A stretch of DNA of 63,683 nucleotides, filler included, from Reticulomyxa filosa (GCA_000512085.1; 20 parts of 20 records of this genome joined end to end with filler, not necessarily neighbours in it); one strand, 5' to 3'; counted from the whole stretch's first letter, positions 1 through 13,048 are shown. The notes: generated by a model not told the origin, from the sequence alone. Numbers and translations are program-made.

Positions 1-1108
1 GTTATTGTCACTATGAGTTACACCTTTTTTTTTTAAGTCTTCGATTTGTAAGAGTATATGGCAATCTATCATTCTTATCCTTCACTATGGCATCGGTCAT
101 GACTTTGGCTTCTTCGTGAATCGATTGCATCTGGCAATGTACACATGCACACAAATACATACAAAACATAAATGACATTAATTAAATGTTGTTTTGTGAT
201 AGAGTGCATCTCTTTCCTCTCTCTCTCTCTCTCTCTCTGAAGCAAGATAATGATGAAGTACACGAAACGGAAGACGGGACGGCCGAATGATCATATTGCA
301 CATAAGACAAAATGACGCAAAAGTATCTCTGTTCGCCATGGCCAAGAGCAGAAGGGGAAGACGTTCCGCCGTTATCTATTTCTGACGTTGCAATGGCTTC
401 GATGGCATCGGCATCGCCTGCAATGCTGTCATTGCGCTTTTGTTTCTTGGCTTTTTCACTCCCTTTCGCTCTTTTATTCCCCTGGCTCGATTCGCGACTA
501 TTACCACCACCATCTCCATCATTTTCATCTTCATCACCATCATCATTGTCATTGTCATCATCATCTTCTTCTTCTTCTTCTTCTTCTTCTTCTTCATTGT
601 CTTCATTCTCTTCTTCTTCTTCTTCTTCTTCTTCTTCTTCATTCTCTTCTTCTTCTTCTTCTTCTGCATGTTCATGTTCATCCTTTGCATCAGTGTCATG
701 ACTGTTTGCAAGCCAAGGAATCATCCAATCTCCGCTTTGTTTTTCTTGTGTGTGAGCTTTGGGAGTGGACTCGATGGCATTTCTATTTACATTCGCATTT
801 GCATTTGCATTTGAATGTTCTTTTGCCATCATTGCTAACATCTTTTCCAATTGCTTTTGATTCAATTCTATCGCACCATTGTCTTTTCTATTTCATACAC
901 TTGGTGTTTTTTGTTTCCCTCTCTTTCCGCACAACACAGTCACATAGCAACAAATCAACTCAACAACTCCACACATTGGCGATGCAGATATACTCTGGGC
1001 TGGATGTCATTCAATGCTATTGACACTAGCTTTGGCTTTGTCACTTGCATTTTAACCTTGGCATTTTTATTGTTTTTTGAGTTTGCAATGTCCTCTTTCT
1101 TCTTATTA

Positions 1109-1141
<33 letters not shown>

Positions 1142-2280
1142 GCATTAATCGTCGACAGAGTAGTGAGCACAATATTGTGCTTGTTTTTATTGTATTTGGA
1201 TCTTCGTGCCTGCATCGATCCCCCATACTCTCAACATTACTTGTTTCGGTGGCTTCCTTTTCTTCCTCGTCATTGTTGTCACCACTCCTTTCTTCTTTCT
1301 TTTCCTCTTCTTCTTCTTCTTCTTCTTTCTTCTTCTTCTTCTTCTTTCTCCTCCACTGCGCCTCCGCCAATGGGGTGCGAAGAGCTTGACACTCTTTGTA
1401 TGCTCTGAGTATCTTCCTCTTCTTCATTGCCGTCGTCCTCATCCTTGTTGTCATCGTCATCGTCATTATCTTCATCATTTTCTTCTTCTTCTTCCTCTTC
1501 TATGGTTGGCTTGCTGCCAATTCTGTGAGCGGAGGAAGATGACGAGGAGGGCCACAAGAGATTGGACAGTTTGAATTTGGATTGTTTTATCTCATCGTTA
1601 CGTCGCGCTTTGCCTTTGCGATTCTTCCTATGCTTCTTCGCATTGGATTGCATTTGCAGATTGGCTTTCGATCTCATTGCCACTTTCAACTTTTCGTTCT
1701 CGATGAAATCTGCCAAAGAGGCGATCTCATTCAAATATATCGATGGCACACCAAAGTACATTTCCAGACACAAACGACCACTTCGTTGTTGTTGTTGTGA
1801 AGATACGTCTTGTCTCTCTTGTCCAATGCACACACTTGCTTTCTTGCAATACTTACACTCCAACGACAATCCATTTGATCCACGCTATTTACACAACATA
1901 TCTACTTATATTTATACACATACATGTATATGTATATTACAATAAATATGAAACTGTAAATTTTGGTGTGATATGAACGTCCGGAGACAACTTCGTCACT
2001 GGCTTTATCACATTTTCTTCTAGTGCTGTTCGAAGAACTTTTCGCAGTTGATTTGGATGCAGTCGGATTCGAGAGTGGACAGTCGCTAACACTTTTCTTA
2101 TTTCCAACAGCATACCCGTTTTCAACCATAAAACCTGTTTTCAATTTTTTTTTTTTGTGCGTGTGTCTGGCCTCTTTGTATTATCTTCGTCGGTCTTACA
2201 CTCCTCCCAATTCAAACAAAAACTGTTGTTCCGGTTGAGAGTGCTTGATAGTGCTCGGACAAATTTCGCAGCTTTCGTCC
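1..2280 (-). CDS. Spliced hypothetical protein with long acidic (poly-E/D) and Asn/Lys low-complexity tracts and a CxxC motif; ends uncertain
   Basis: Minus-strand ORFs 182-865, 955-1215 and 1041-1869 (CKYCKK...; EEEEEENDEDNDDDDD) are separated by AT-rich intron-like stretches and apparent frameshifts. No domain recognised. Confidence 0.5.
561..665. repeat. (TCT)n microsatellite encoding poly-Glu on the minus strand
   Basis: Directly visible. Similar tracts at ~1300-1345, ~1104-1143 (TTA) and ~59390-59460. Confidence 0.9.
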
Positions 2281-2762
2281 TACATGAAAAAGCCAAAATA
2301 ATGACAACACCAACAAGGAAAAGACTGAAAGTGCATTATGAAGATTTGGGCTCACTGCTAATATGCTCATTTTCTCTCAACATAAAAAATTGACAAAAAA
2401 AACATTCGTTTTTTGAAAAAATATAAACAGCTTTTTTCATAACATCTATACTTTTAGTAAAACCAAATACATTTTTAGATTCTCTGGAATGCATAGATAT
2501 CATTTTTAAAAAATTGATCTTTCATGAAGAAAATTGCAAATATTTGTGTGTAGATTTTATAATTATTATTATTTTTTAATTTACAAATAAATTAGATGGA
2601 CAATCAATGTTGAAATATTAGAGAGAATTGATTGCACATTAATGAAAGTTTGTGTTACGCACGTTCATACTTTTTTGTTCACAACTTTAACCAAAAAAAA
2701 AAACAAAAGCTGCCAAACAATTTACCAAAGAGCATAGCACTATTTCACAGAAAAATACAAGA

Positions 2763-4937
2763 TCAAAATAAGTCTACTGCTTTCTTTCTTTGTCTTTGTT
2801 TCCATACGGGCATTTCTGCAAAGTCTTCTCGGGAACATTTGAATACCTCTTTGAATTCTTCATCGCTCAGATACATCTACAGCAAAGAAAACAAATTTCT
2901 CAAACAACTGAGTTACAATAAAAGAAAAAAAAAAAAGGAGTTGTTTTACCTCAAGTTTTTGTTTATTAATCGCGTCATCAAAGTTTTTATTCTTCAAATC
3001 TTTATACGAAATAATTTTATCACTTCTTTCAATAACACCCTCAGTTTCAGGAGCTTCATTATCGGTGTCAACAAGAATTGAATTTTTCGAGACTCTTTTG
3101 GTAACAGGTGATACAGATCCATTTGTTTTTTTTTGAGTCTCTGCACTTGTTGCCTGAAGATTCTTTGTTCCGGTTGTTGTCTTTTCGTTGATATTTACAG
3201 GCGTGTTGATTTTACTGGAAGCCCTGGGGTTATTTTTCGAAGGCAATAAGCTGTCAATGGTGCTTTTTTCCTCTCCAATGTCGATGAATGTCAATTTGGG
3301 CTTATGTCTTGTTTCGACACCAGGAGAAGAGGTGGTCAAATCGGGTGGAAACCATCCAACGGTGTTATTTTTTTCTAACTTCCCCAGCCACCAACCACTT
3401 TCGTCTTTATTAAGGAATGTGATTTTGTCTCCAATTCGGAATGACAATTCCCCTTGTCCACCTTCATCATAGTCAAACTTGGCTACCAATATATCGCCTT
3501 CATTTGGTTCCGATTTTCCACTTGGGATGGGTTTGTTGTCCAGTGGTTGCACATACGTCGACGGAAATAGTCCCTGTCGATCATCGATGACGCCAGTCCA
3601 CCAACCTTCTTCACCATTTTTGTCAATTATGTATATTATGTCTCCAGCCTTTAGTGATAAATCACCAGACACCTCTCCGTGATAATCGAATAATGCTTTT
3701 GCTCTGGGATAATTTTTCAACCCGCGTATGGGCTTTTTTCCCCCCCCAAATATACATATATTATATATATATTTCAAGTTATGCCAAGAGAAAGGGAAGC
3801 GAAGGAAAAAATAAATTCGAAACTGCAGCATTTCCACTTGGCTTTTTCCACTGACTTCCTCGAACAGAGGCGGAAGCTACCTCTGTTCGTAAAATTGGAG
3901 AGCTTAACACAATCTTTTCTTCTTTGCCTAAATTCTCCACCAATTCGTTGAAGTCGGCAAAGTCTTTCTTTTTTTTCGCTGGAATGAAAAATGTTAAAAA
4001 AAAAAAAATATATATATATATACATATATGTATATATGTATATATGTATATATTTTAATAATTGAGAAAAGAAAAAAATAAACTAAACAGTGAGCCTGAA
4101 ATGTACACCTCCTTTTTTATTGACAAGTACAACAGGAAAGGTTTTAAGGCCTTGTTGGGGTTTGAACAATCAATAAAACAGTATATTCGGATTTGTCATT
4201 TTGATTTGCGGGGATGATAAGATAAGACCCTACTCCATGTCCAAAGCGGCTAAACACATCCTTCACATCGATATCGTCGCTATCAATGTAGCATTCCACT
4301 TTGTGCAAAGCATTAGACTCGTCCTGAAATTCATCATCCGACGAATCGTCCTCTTCTCCACCGCCGTGCGTGCTATTGGTATGCTCCTCCACTTGATTCA
4401 CTTTAAAGCTGTGTGCGTATTAGTACATTTGCAAAGAGAGAGAGAGAGAGAGAACATGTCCTAATATGTCCTTATCTACTCAACTAGCATTGCCTACAAG
4501 CTCTTTGAACCACACCCTCTGGACTTGGAAGTTTATACTTTGAACAGCTGCTGCATGCCAACGTACCACTAGGATCACACAATTTACATGCATATATATG
4601 TGTGTGTGTGTGTGTGCAATCGTGAGAGGATAGGAAATTGAAATTAAATATGATAATAAAAAAAATAACACACCATGTTCTACAGTGATGTCGACGATTG
4701 ATAAAGGTGAATTTGTTGTTGCAATCAGGCATGGTACAATAGTCGGCGTGTGCATCAGGAACCCACACAGCAGCAGCTTCAGTTCCACTATCACTGCTTT
4801 TCACTGTTTTTTGATACGTTTCCACCTTGTTTGTTGTGTCATATTGGGTTGTGTTGGGTTCTTTGTGAGGCATTAGTCAAGTTGCCTTCAATTGGCACAG
4901 AGTTTGGTAATGTCAATAGATGTGATACATTTATTAT

Positions 4938-4970
<33 letters not shown>

Positions 4971-6754
4971 GACCACTTGAGAGACTGGCAAAAAAAAAAA
5001 CAAAACAAACTGATTTCTTGATATCTTCAAACCACGTCTTTGCTTCTTGTGGAGTGTCTGCATACACGACAAATGACTTTTTGGAGCTCACAATCTGTCA
5101 TATATGTTGTTTTTATGTATGGCTAGAGTTTCGTTTATTTGATCATTTTTTATCAAATTAAATTAAAATAAATCCAAAAAAAAAAAACTTCAAAAGCACA
5201 GCCTCGGATATCCTTATATTTGTCATTCCCGTCTTCAAGCCATTTGACTTGAAAAGCAGCGTTGATTTCCAATTGATTGTGCAAATTTAACTTCGTACCA
5301 TATTGTGAGGCATACAACAATAGATCACTGAATAAAAAGAAATGATACACGCGGTTCTGCTTTCGACACACTTTCCACAGTTTTCCCTGTCGAATGAATT
5401 GTCTGGCAGGCGCCAACAACGTCACTTTTTGTGCAAACTTTCGTTCGATTTCCTTCACTTCTTCTCGTCTTGTAAATTCTTTCATCCGATCGTTCATTTG
5501 GATGCTCACCTTTATTTATTTGTTTATTCATTTCTTTCTTTATTTATTTATGTATTTTATTTATTTATTTTTGTTCTCTCTTTGTCTTTTTAACTTCTTC
5601 GACAGACTTCAATGTTTTCTCCAAAGCTTTGTAGTCGGGGTGATTTTTTTCTGTGTTCTTCAACACTTCCTTTTTTTTTTTTAGAACATACACATAGACA
5701 TGCATATGTAGGAGTTTGGTTCTGGACGAGGGAGGAAAGGGAGGGGCGTGCATAGTATATTGTCTCAACTGATAAAAGAAGTCGGTATCGAGGGATTCTT
5801 TGAATTGGCAAAATCAATAAGCTGTTTTTTGATTCGTTGTGTATGCATTTTTTAAGTGATCAAAACACACAAACAAGAATAAATCATTTGTACGTAACCT
5901 CGCCAAATCAAAGTTTTCACAATCTGTCCTCACTGATTTGTTATAATCTGCCCACTATTCAAAGAAAAAGGAAAGGTGTACATACTGTAATAGGAAAGCA
6001 TATACATATACATATACATATACATATATATGTATTATGCACACATAGGAAATAAATCAAAACAAACTTTTTGTTTGGAGTCGAGTTTTCTCATCAACGC
6101 TATGGCTTTGTCATAATTGTTCATATATCTATGTTTATATTCCCATATATGTCATTTATCTATTCCAGTTCTTTTTTTTTTTTTTTACTCAACTGTTGGT
6201 ACATTCGAAAATAAGGGACAAATTGTTCAATTAAATCTGACAATATACTTTTATTTGGGTCCCAACTCTTTCTGCGTTCGGTCAGATCTTTTTGTATTTC
6301 GTTAAACGCAAACAAAAAAAGGTTGAGCCAAAAAAAAAAATTTCACAAGATATATGTACCATTAAAAAAAAAAAACCATATTTTTTTTTCATATTCAAAG
6401 TCTCTCTTATATTTTACCTTGTAAAAAAGTATCCGATAATTGTTTGATCACTTCCAATTGTGGAAACAGTGCTTTATGTTGTTCTTCATTGAGTAATTTG
6501 TAGTCTCGCAATGGGATTACATAATGCTTTACTAACTTATCCAACAAACGACAATACGTGGTCTCCGTTTCAATCAATTCCACTATTGCTCTTTCTCTTC
6601 GGTCTTCTCTCTCCTCCGTTTCTTTTTTTGCCGGTTTTGTTTTGTCATTTTTCTCTTTTTCCTCCTTTCCTGTGTCTTTCCCTCCTCCTCGTGGGGGACC
6701 TTTTGGTACTGGAGGAGGGACTTTGAAGTTTGGTGGTTTGGGCACTGTGGCCAT
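2763..6754 (-). CDS. Multi-exon Dbl-family RhoGEF: Pro-rich N-terminus, DH, PH, FYVE, SH2-like, SH3, SH3, villin headpiece
   Basis: ATG at 6754. DH: RERAIVELIETETTY and LILPIQRIPRYRLLL. PH: FIRQGKLWKVCRK...FFLFSDLLLYA and AKTWFEDIKK. FYVE: WVPD..CTMPDC..RRHHCRT|CG..CSSCS..RACRQC. SH3s: ALFDY..GWWTG..GLFPSTYV and AKFDY..GWWLG..GWFP. Last exon 2876-2763 reads MYLSDEEFKEVFKCSREDFAEMPVWKQRQRKKAVDLF* after a GT-AG intron at 2949-2877. Confidence 0.9.
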
Positions 6755-7158
6755 CACAATACGTCAAATGAACGCAACAATTACTATTGTATGGAAAAAT
6801 TTTCAAATAATTGCAGCAACGTTTTTTGATAATTGTAATAATTAATCCTGCTTATGTAAAAGTTCATTGCAAAAAAAATTTACTGTGGCTCAAACTATCT
6901 GTTTTTATTGCTATCTCGTTTTGTGTAACTGTAAAGTTTTTTTGCTGTGATGTTAAAAGATTGAAAAATATTATTTAGAATTGCAATATTGTATTTTTCA
7001 TCCAATTTTACATTCAACATCCGAAATGTTTTCATCATATGTTTGTGACATAAAATTCTACACGTCAAACATAAAATCATGCGTGTTAAGGCAATATATC
7101 AAAAAAAAACTTCTAAGGTGTCTTGTAGTTAAGTCTTTTCTTCTAGTTTTTCTGAATC

Positions 7159-8462
7159 ATGTTGTCGTCGTTAGGTTTTTACATTGCACCATTATTTGAT
7201 GCCTGTATTCTTGTTTGTTTAATTTCCTGGACTTCTATAAGTGTTAGTCATTGGAATTCGCAGAAAGACACCTGCGCTAGCTGTTCTTCCGGTTATTGTG
7301 CAGGGGATTGTAGCATGTTCTTTTCACCCTCCAGTCAATACAGTTAAGGAAAAACAAAACAAGAACAAGACAAAACGAAATGTCAAGTTATTAAAAAAAA
7401 ATGTAAGACTTTGGTTGCTATGGTGGATGTAATTCTACGTCTGATTGCGTCTGTTACCCATCAGAAGAGTCACTTTCATTGTTTGTAACCTTCTTGGTAT
7501 TTTTGTCACTCGGATTACTATTTGATCTGATCTTTGCATTTACCGCTGTCTGCACGGTATCAAAGGAGGAAGATTGTTGTGAATGCTGTTGCAATTCATG
7601 TGGGAGCAAAAAATGCCACAAGCATATTATTGATACGTGGGCGATGCTTGTTGTCTTGTTTTTTGCAGCTGGTTCGAGAGAAATATACAGATATATGTAT
7701 ACGTATATGGTGCACCCGCCGTAATTGTGTATAATCCCACACTTTTTTTTTGTATACGTGCTAACAACATAAAAATTAATGAGTGGACAAAAAAACAAAA
7801 AATAATTTGTAAAGGCCCTTATCAAGAGATAAAAAAGGAAAATGATGAAGGAAAAATTCCAGCGTTTACAGTGTTGAAATTTTTTCGCTGGTTAGTGCGT
7901 GATCTTGTGATGTTGATTATTCTTATTATATACGCTCCAAAGGTCAATTATCCATTTTGGTTTTATTTGTATGTGGTCTCATTTGCAGGACACTTGATCA
8001 TAGTGCGGATAAGAGTTAACACATTGCCAACGCAGCGACAGACTGCAACTAATTCAGGTATATTGCCCGTGTCCACTTGCGGAACTAGTTAGTATACGTT
8101 TGCACAAATGTGCTGCACAATCTACGTGGATATGTATAGGACTCGTTAACCAAAGAGTTGCGCAGCTCCAAACTCAAACCGTAGGTAGGATTTTCTTAGA
8201 TAAGTCTCAATCCAATCAAGGAGGTTCGGCTCTGCGCCCAATATCACAACATGGTCAAAATATCACACAACCTGGTGGCATTGAAGTTATGATCTTTTTT
8301 TTTGACTCGTACACATTAACTTTTTCAAAAAAAAAAATTCCTCTTCATGTTTTTGCTCTTCCTTCTATATTGTAAACACTGCAAATTTCAACAGGCAGCG
8401 TATATTCCCTCGATTCCTCAGAATTCTGGTTATTACAGTTACAATCCACACAGCGAAGGTGA
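7159..8462 (+). CDS. Spliced Cys-rich multi-pass membrane protein of unknown function
   Basis: Hydrophobic N-terminal segment, CASCSSGYCAGDC, intron, FGCYGGCNSTSDCVC, TM segment, CCECCCNSCG, then further hydrophobic segments in ORF 7637-8092. One apparent frameshift; 3' end approximate. Confidence 0.55.
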
Positions 8463-10006
8463 AGCTATTACTAACAGCTAATTTCTAAACTTTTTTAGGA
8501 ATTCTTTCCTTTGGTGCTACTTTTCTCTTGGATAGTATTAAATTATCTTTATATTTGTATCATAATCTTAAAGATATTTTTACAATGTGATCACCATACT
8601 AACTTTCAAAAACTAAATAATCAACTTTCGACAAGTTTCTAACGATTAGACAAAAAAAACATTGAGTTGTTGTTTTGATCACAAAAAACAATAAACTTTA
8701 TTGTGATCCAAAATATAGAAGTCCACACTCAGCAGGTTAGTAAGTGCAATACGAATCCATTCGTTTACAAATGCTAATTTTATATCTTTTACAGTGTTTG
8801 CATTGATTGCACACACATAACTTTTGAATATGTCTACATTGTAAATACATATTTATGATGATATTCAGTTTCATGTAATGTGTCAATGGCATTCAAAGAA
8901 ACTATTTTAAAGGTCTTGTGGCTGAAAAGTGTTGAGTTTTTCACTGGTATTTTATTGATTGAATTTTTTACTGTTTGGCATGTAAAACAATGTCTTCAAA
9001 ATCCTTTGATATCTTCAACAATAATATGCAGTATATACGTTCCCAAATTGTAAATGCATTTATTGTAAAGCTTAGTGTTTTAGTAGACCGTAATAACATT
9101 ATATCGTTTCTAATTTTTTTGTAGCTTGTTGTCATGTGTAAGTATTATTTTGTTTATACCGATTTTCTGTTGTTACAAAGATTTTTTCCAATACACAGTT
9201 ATGTTTCTATTTGTGGTCAGTTTTCTTTAGTTCTTTATAGCATTTCATTTGTGATTATTTTGAGGTTCAATCTCAGCTATTTCCAAAAAGAAATTGACAA
9301 GGAAAATATGTTCAAATTGAAATTTTGTATTACATCGTTTTAGTACAGCCAAATTGTTCAAAATCTAAAAGTATCAATAACACCAAAAATATTTTTGCCA
9401 AAAAAACAACACAAAAAGTAAATGCAAAATAAAGCAATAAAATGAGCATTGCACATCTCGTCAATCAATCATCGAAACACTAAGTTTATTTTGTTGTCTC
9501 TCAATCTAATTTGTTACAAATAATAGTTTACAAGTTTACACAAAAGTATTTTCTAAATGTTTATTTCTCTATCCGAAAGAAAGATATGCGAACATTTGAG
9601 AGTAATGATAGAGCATATAATTTCAAAACTAGTATACAAGAATTTGTAAGAAAAAAACGACCTGTTTTAAATGAAAAATGTGCTATTAAAATTTCAGACA
9701 AAAGTAATACAGAAGCCACAAATATTTTGAAAGTGGCACTTTCACACAACACCTAACCAACTACCAATCGAACTACCGAGCTCATTTCCTCTCTCTATAC
9801 GAAATTTACATCAATGATGGCTCTGAAGATAGTGAAAATAGCTGTTTTCATCCGAGGAAGACGAATCACTTGAGTGTTCTAGCGAATGATGGTAGTTAAT
9901 GATCCTTGGCCAAATATGTCGAAATGTTGGAGAAGGAGTCGTTACTGTCATATACATTATGCACGTACAAACAAGATCACAACAACAATTAAAAAAAAAA
10001 AAAAAA

Positions 10007-10106
10007 NNNNNNNNNNNNNNNNNNNNNNNNNNNNNNNNNNNNNNNNNNNNTTAATTAATTAANNNNNNNNNNNNNNNNNNNNNNNNNNNNNNNNNNNNNN
10101 NNNNNN
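10007..10106. other. Artificial contig-joining spacer (N44-TTAATTAATTAA-N44); first of 19
   Basis: Identical 100-nt spacers with stops in all six frames start at about 10007, 15341, 20297, 21997, 23332, 25202, 27401, 32238, 34586, 42246, 47349, 48864, 50046, 51306, 53122, 55586, 56980, 60276 and 62099. Genes are cut at them and GC content jumps across some. Confidence 0.98.
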
Positions 10107-10720
10107 GTATCGATTACGAACTTAGCTGCTGCTTTCAAAACTTTGACTCTGACATCTGGTTTCCACGATCGATCACCAATAATAAATTGTTTCATTTATA
10201 GTGAAGATACATTGATATCTGGAAGCAATTCTTGGACATTTGTCCATCAATTACGACGTAATTCACTATACTGCAAACATTCAATCAGGAAATGCTATTC
10301 TTCATCACACCAAACACAATCAGGAGAATATGATCTTTGGATATTATATAAATAATCATTCAATCCAACTTTGTCAATAATGAACGCAATACAATCTTTT
10401 CAAAAGCTTGTGCTTCAATCACATTTGATAGGAAATATCGTGGCATTGTATGTCTTGGAATATCAATAACTCCTGTAAAGAAGGGATTTAATCCATGATT
10501 ATTCAGGAATGCAGCCGATCAAATCTGATTGCAATTGCTGAGGTTTCTTGCGAGCATTATTTGCAACAAGATCCACTTTATCGTTTCCAGGAATACCAGA
10601 ATGATATTTAATACAATATACCTATGGATCATTAAATGATCTCAATCTTCTGACGATCAATACTTGGCAATTTATAGATGTCAGAATCACATTTTTTGAA
10701 TATCGAATTATCACGAACTT
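10107..10720 (-). mobile_element. Decayed non-LTR retrotransposon ORF2 3' end (RNase H C-terminus + CCHC zinc knuckle)
   Basis: Manual minus-strand translation gives YCIKYHSGIPGNDKVDLVANNARK (~10545-10618), the RNase H HxGIxGNExADxxA motif. SPDCVWCDEE*HFLIECLQYSELR (~10260-10330) is the terminal CCHC motif. In-frame stops present. Confidence 0.8.
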
Positions 10721-11339
10721 GTGATTAAAACCAGATGATGATAAAGTTGAAAACGAAAGGATACAACCAAACAAAAACTCAAATTTTACAAGAAACTTGG
10801 TGATTGTTCCGAAGAAGAGTAACTGAAGGATGTAAACATATTGAAGCAAAGCAAAAAATCAAGAAAATATTACCTCTGCAAGACAAGTCCGACATTGGTT
10901 TTTACAAATGTGAATGGAAAAGAATTAGTACCTGAAATTCATTGGAGTAAAGAGAGAATATTTGCAAAAAAATTGAAAGCACACACGTTTTCGCAATCAT
11001 GGAAAGCGCTGTTTATGCACTTTCAAAGTCAAGTGAAGATTGAAAATTGCAATCAATCGGAACAGTTTAATTCAAGGCAAGTGAATGCACAAAAATTAAA
11101 TGACGATAGAAAACAAGAACTAAAAACAAGAAACAAAGCACCACTTTCTGTTCAATATTTAGAACATATTAAGTTCTGAACAATTTGAGAAATGAAAGCA
11201 AGAAATATCAAATCCAGAAACAAATCGATGTATATTATTGGATGAAGCGGAAAGATTTAAGGCATGCCAGTTATAAAAGTGATATTTTCAAAAACTGAAG
11301 ACGTTCAAGAAAAGTTTATCTCAATTTGTTTCAATAAAA

Positions 11340-11705
11340 AAAAAAATTTTATCGTAGGTAAAAAAATGTTTATACTAGTTGAAAATTTCATATATCTGAT
11401 CTTGCGATATTTCGTAAGATCATATATCGAACAACGAGTATACCAAGCGAAATTTCCTGTTGAAACAGAACCAAAAAATTGATCCACTTTCAACTGAATA
11501 ATTGCAATTAAACATTCACACAATTGATTATTTTAAGTATTAAATTTTAATTTGTTAAAAGAAGCGAATTGAATCTCAATATTTTATGAGACTTCAACAC
11601 TTCGAAAACAAGGCTCAGAGAGTTCAGTTGAGCAATGCTCATATAATTCACACTGACATCCACATGGAAGAGCCAAATTGTTTTCACAACCGTTGATTGA
11701 TCTAA
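11340..11705 (+). repeat. Dispersed repeat; inverted homolog at ~49545-49960
   Basis: Shared blocks include AAAAAATGTTTATACTAGTTGAAA, ATTGAATCTCAATATTTTATGAGACTTCAACACTT and GGAAGAGCCAAATTGTTTTCACAAC, all found as reverse complements on the later contig. Confidence 0.85.
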
Positions 11706-13048
11706 ATACAGTCATATATATTTTTCATTTTGATATTTGAAATGTTTTTTGGATTTGTTATTCAAACAATATCAGTAATTTCCCTTTTTTATTTCATTTT
11801 ATCTTGTTTAAATTATTTCATTAATTTTTATTTCTTTGCTTAATTTAGTTGATTACTGTTTCTTGTACAAAACACATTTGTACTATTCCAATTTTTTTTT
11901 TATTTTCTTACTTGTTCAACTGAATAACTGTATTAGTAAATCGAGTTTATATGATACAAGTCATTCAATGACACTGTAATATCATAATATATTCATATAG
12001 TTCGATATTGTTCACAAATACTTATTTGCTCATAATTATTATCTTAACTATAAAGTGATATTTATGTTGATATCTGATGTTAATGAAAAGAGTATAATTT
12101 CTTCATATCTTTCTTTTTTGTTCACGCTGTAATTGCCATTTGCATTGTCAATTTCCAAAAATATCTTTAGATATTGTTGATTTTGAGCGAAATATATCCT
12201 AAAAACAACTTTTTTGTTAGAATTTTCGTGATCTTCTATATTTGTATTAAAACCACATATCTTTGGGTTCTCGTGTGCATAGATATCATTAATCAAACAA
12301 TCAAAAATGAATTAGGTGTGTAATCATTAAAATTAGAGCCACAAAACTTTAGCTATTTTAATAACATTTGTTGTACATTCCTGGTGTTGACAAGAAAAAT
12401 GATTGTTTATTAGTTTGATCTTCAATGATCTCTATCACTTATTTCTGTAATCAGCCAATATATTGCAATAGCAAATAAATCGCTGTCTTCATGATTTTGT
12501 TGAGATTATAGCGGTTTGTTTTATTTAATTAAAACATTGCAGCGCATTGACATACAAACTAACCGCACTCGCGCGAACGGGCAAAGCCAAAAACAAGATT
12601 AAAAATAAAAAATCAGACAATGAAGAAAGTTTCCTTACAATTCTGATTGTCATATTCAAAGAAAAATCTCCAAATATCTCAAAGTAAACCGATAATTGTA
12701 GATTTTGTCCTTTTTTTTCCTTTGAATTTTTGATGCCAGTATTTAATGCAAGCATAGAGAAAAGAGGAAAAACTACCGAACTCACAAATGGCAAGCAAAA
12801 AAAAAAGATAATGAATGACTTACTTATTATTCGTTTTGTTGACCACACAACACAAAGCAAGCCCATACCATGCACAAGCACAATGTTTTTAAAAAAAAAA
12901 AATCGTTGCATATATACGTTGGTTCCCCTCGAATCACGTGGAAAAAACAAAAATAAAAAAAATCAACCGTGTGTTACTTTTCCACACGAAAAAAGGAAAT
13001 AAAAGAACGCCAGTTTCCACCACAACACCTACTTGAACAGTCTCCAAA

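Noticed and set aside
312-1574. Many overlapping ORFs of poly-S, poly-F, poly-L or poly-K
   Set aside because: Alternative-frame and antisense readings of trinucleotide microsatellites and homopolymers.
9811-9944. Minus-strand terminal exon-like block (TTPSPTFRHIWP...QSHH*)
   Set aside because: Plausible last exon of a truncated gene but too short to support a call.
10051-10062. Recurring TTAATTAATTAA palindrome as a regulatory or repeat element
   Set aside because: Always centred in an exact 100-nt N spacer; it is an artificial six-frame stop linker.
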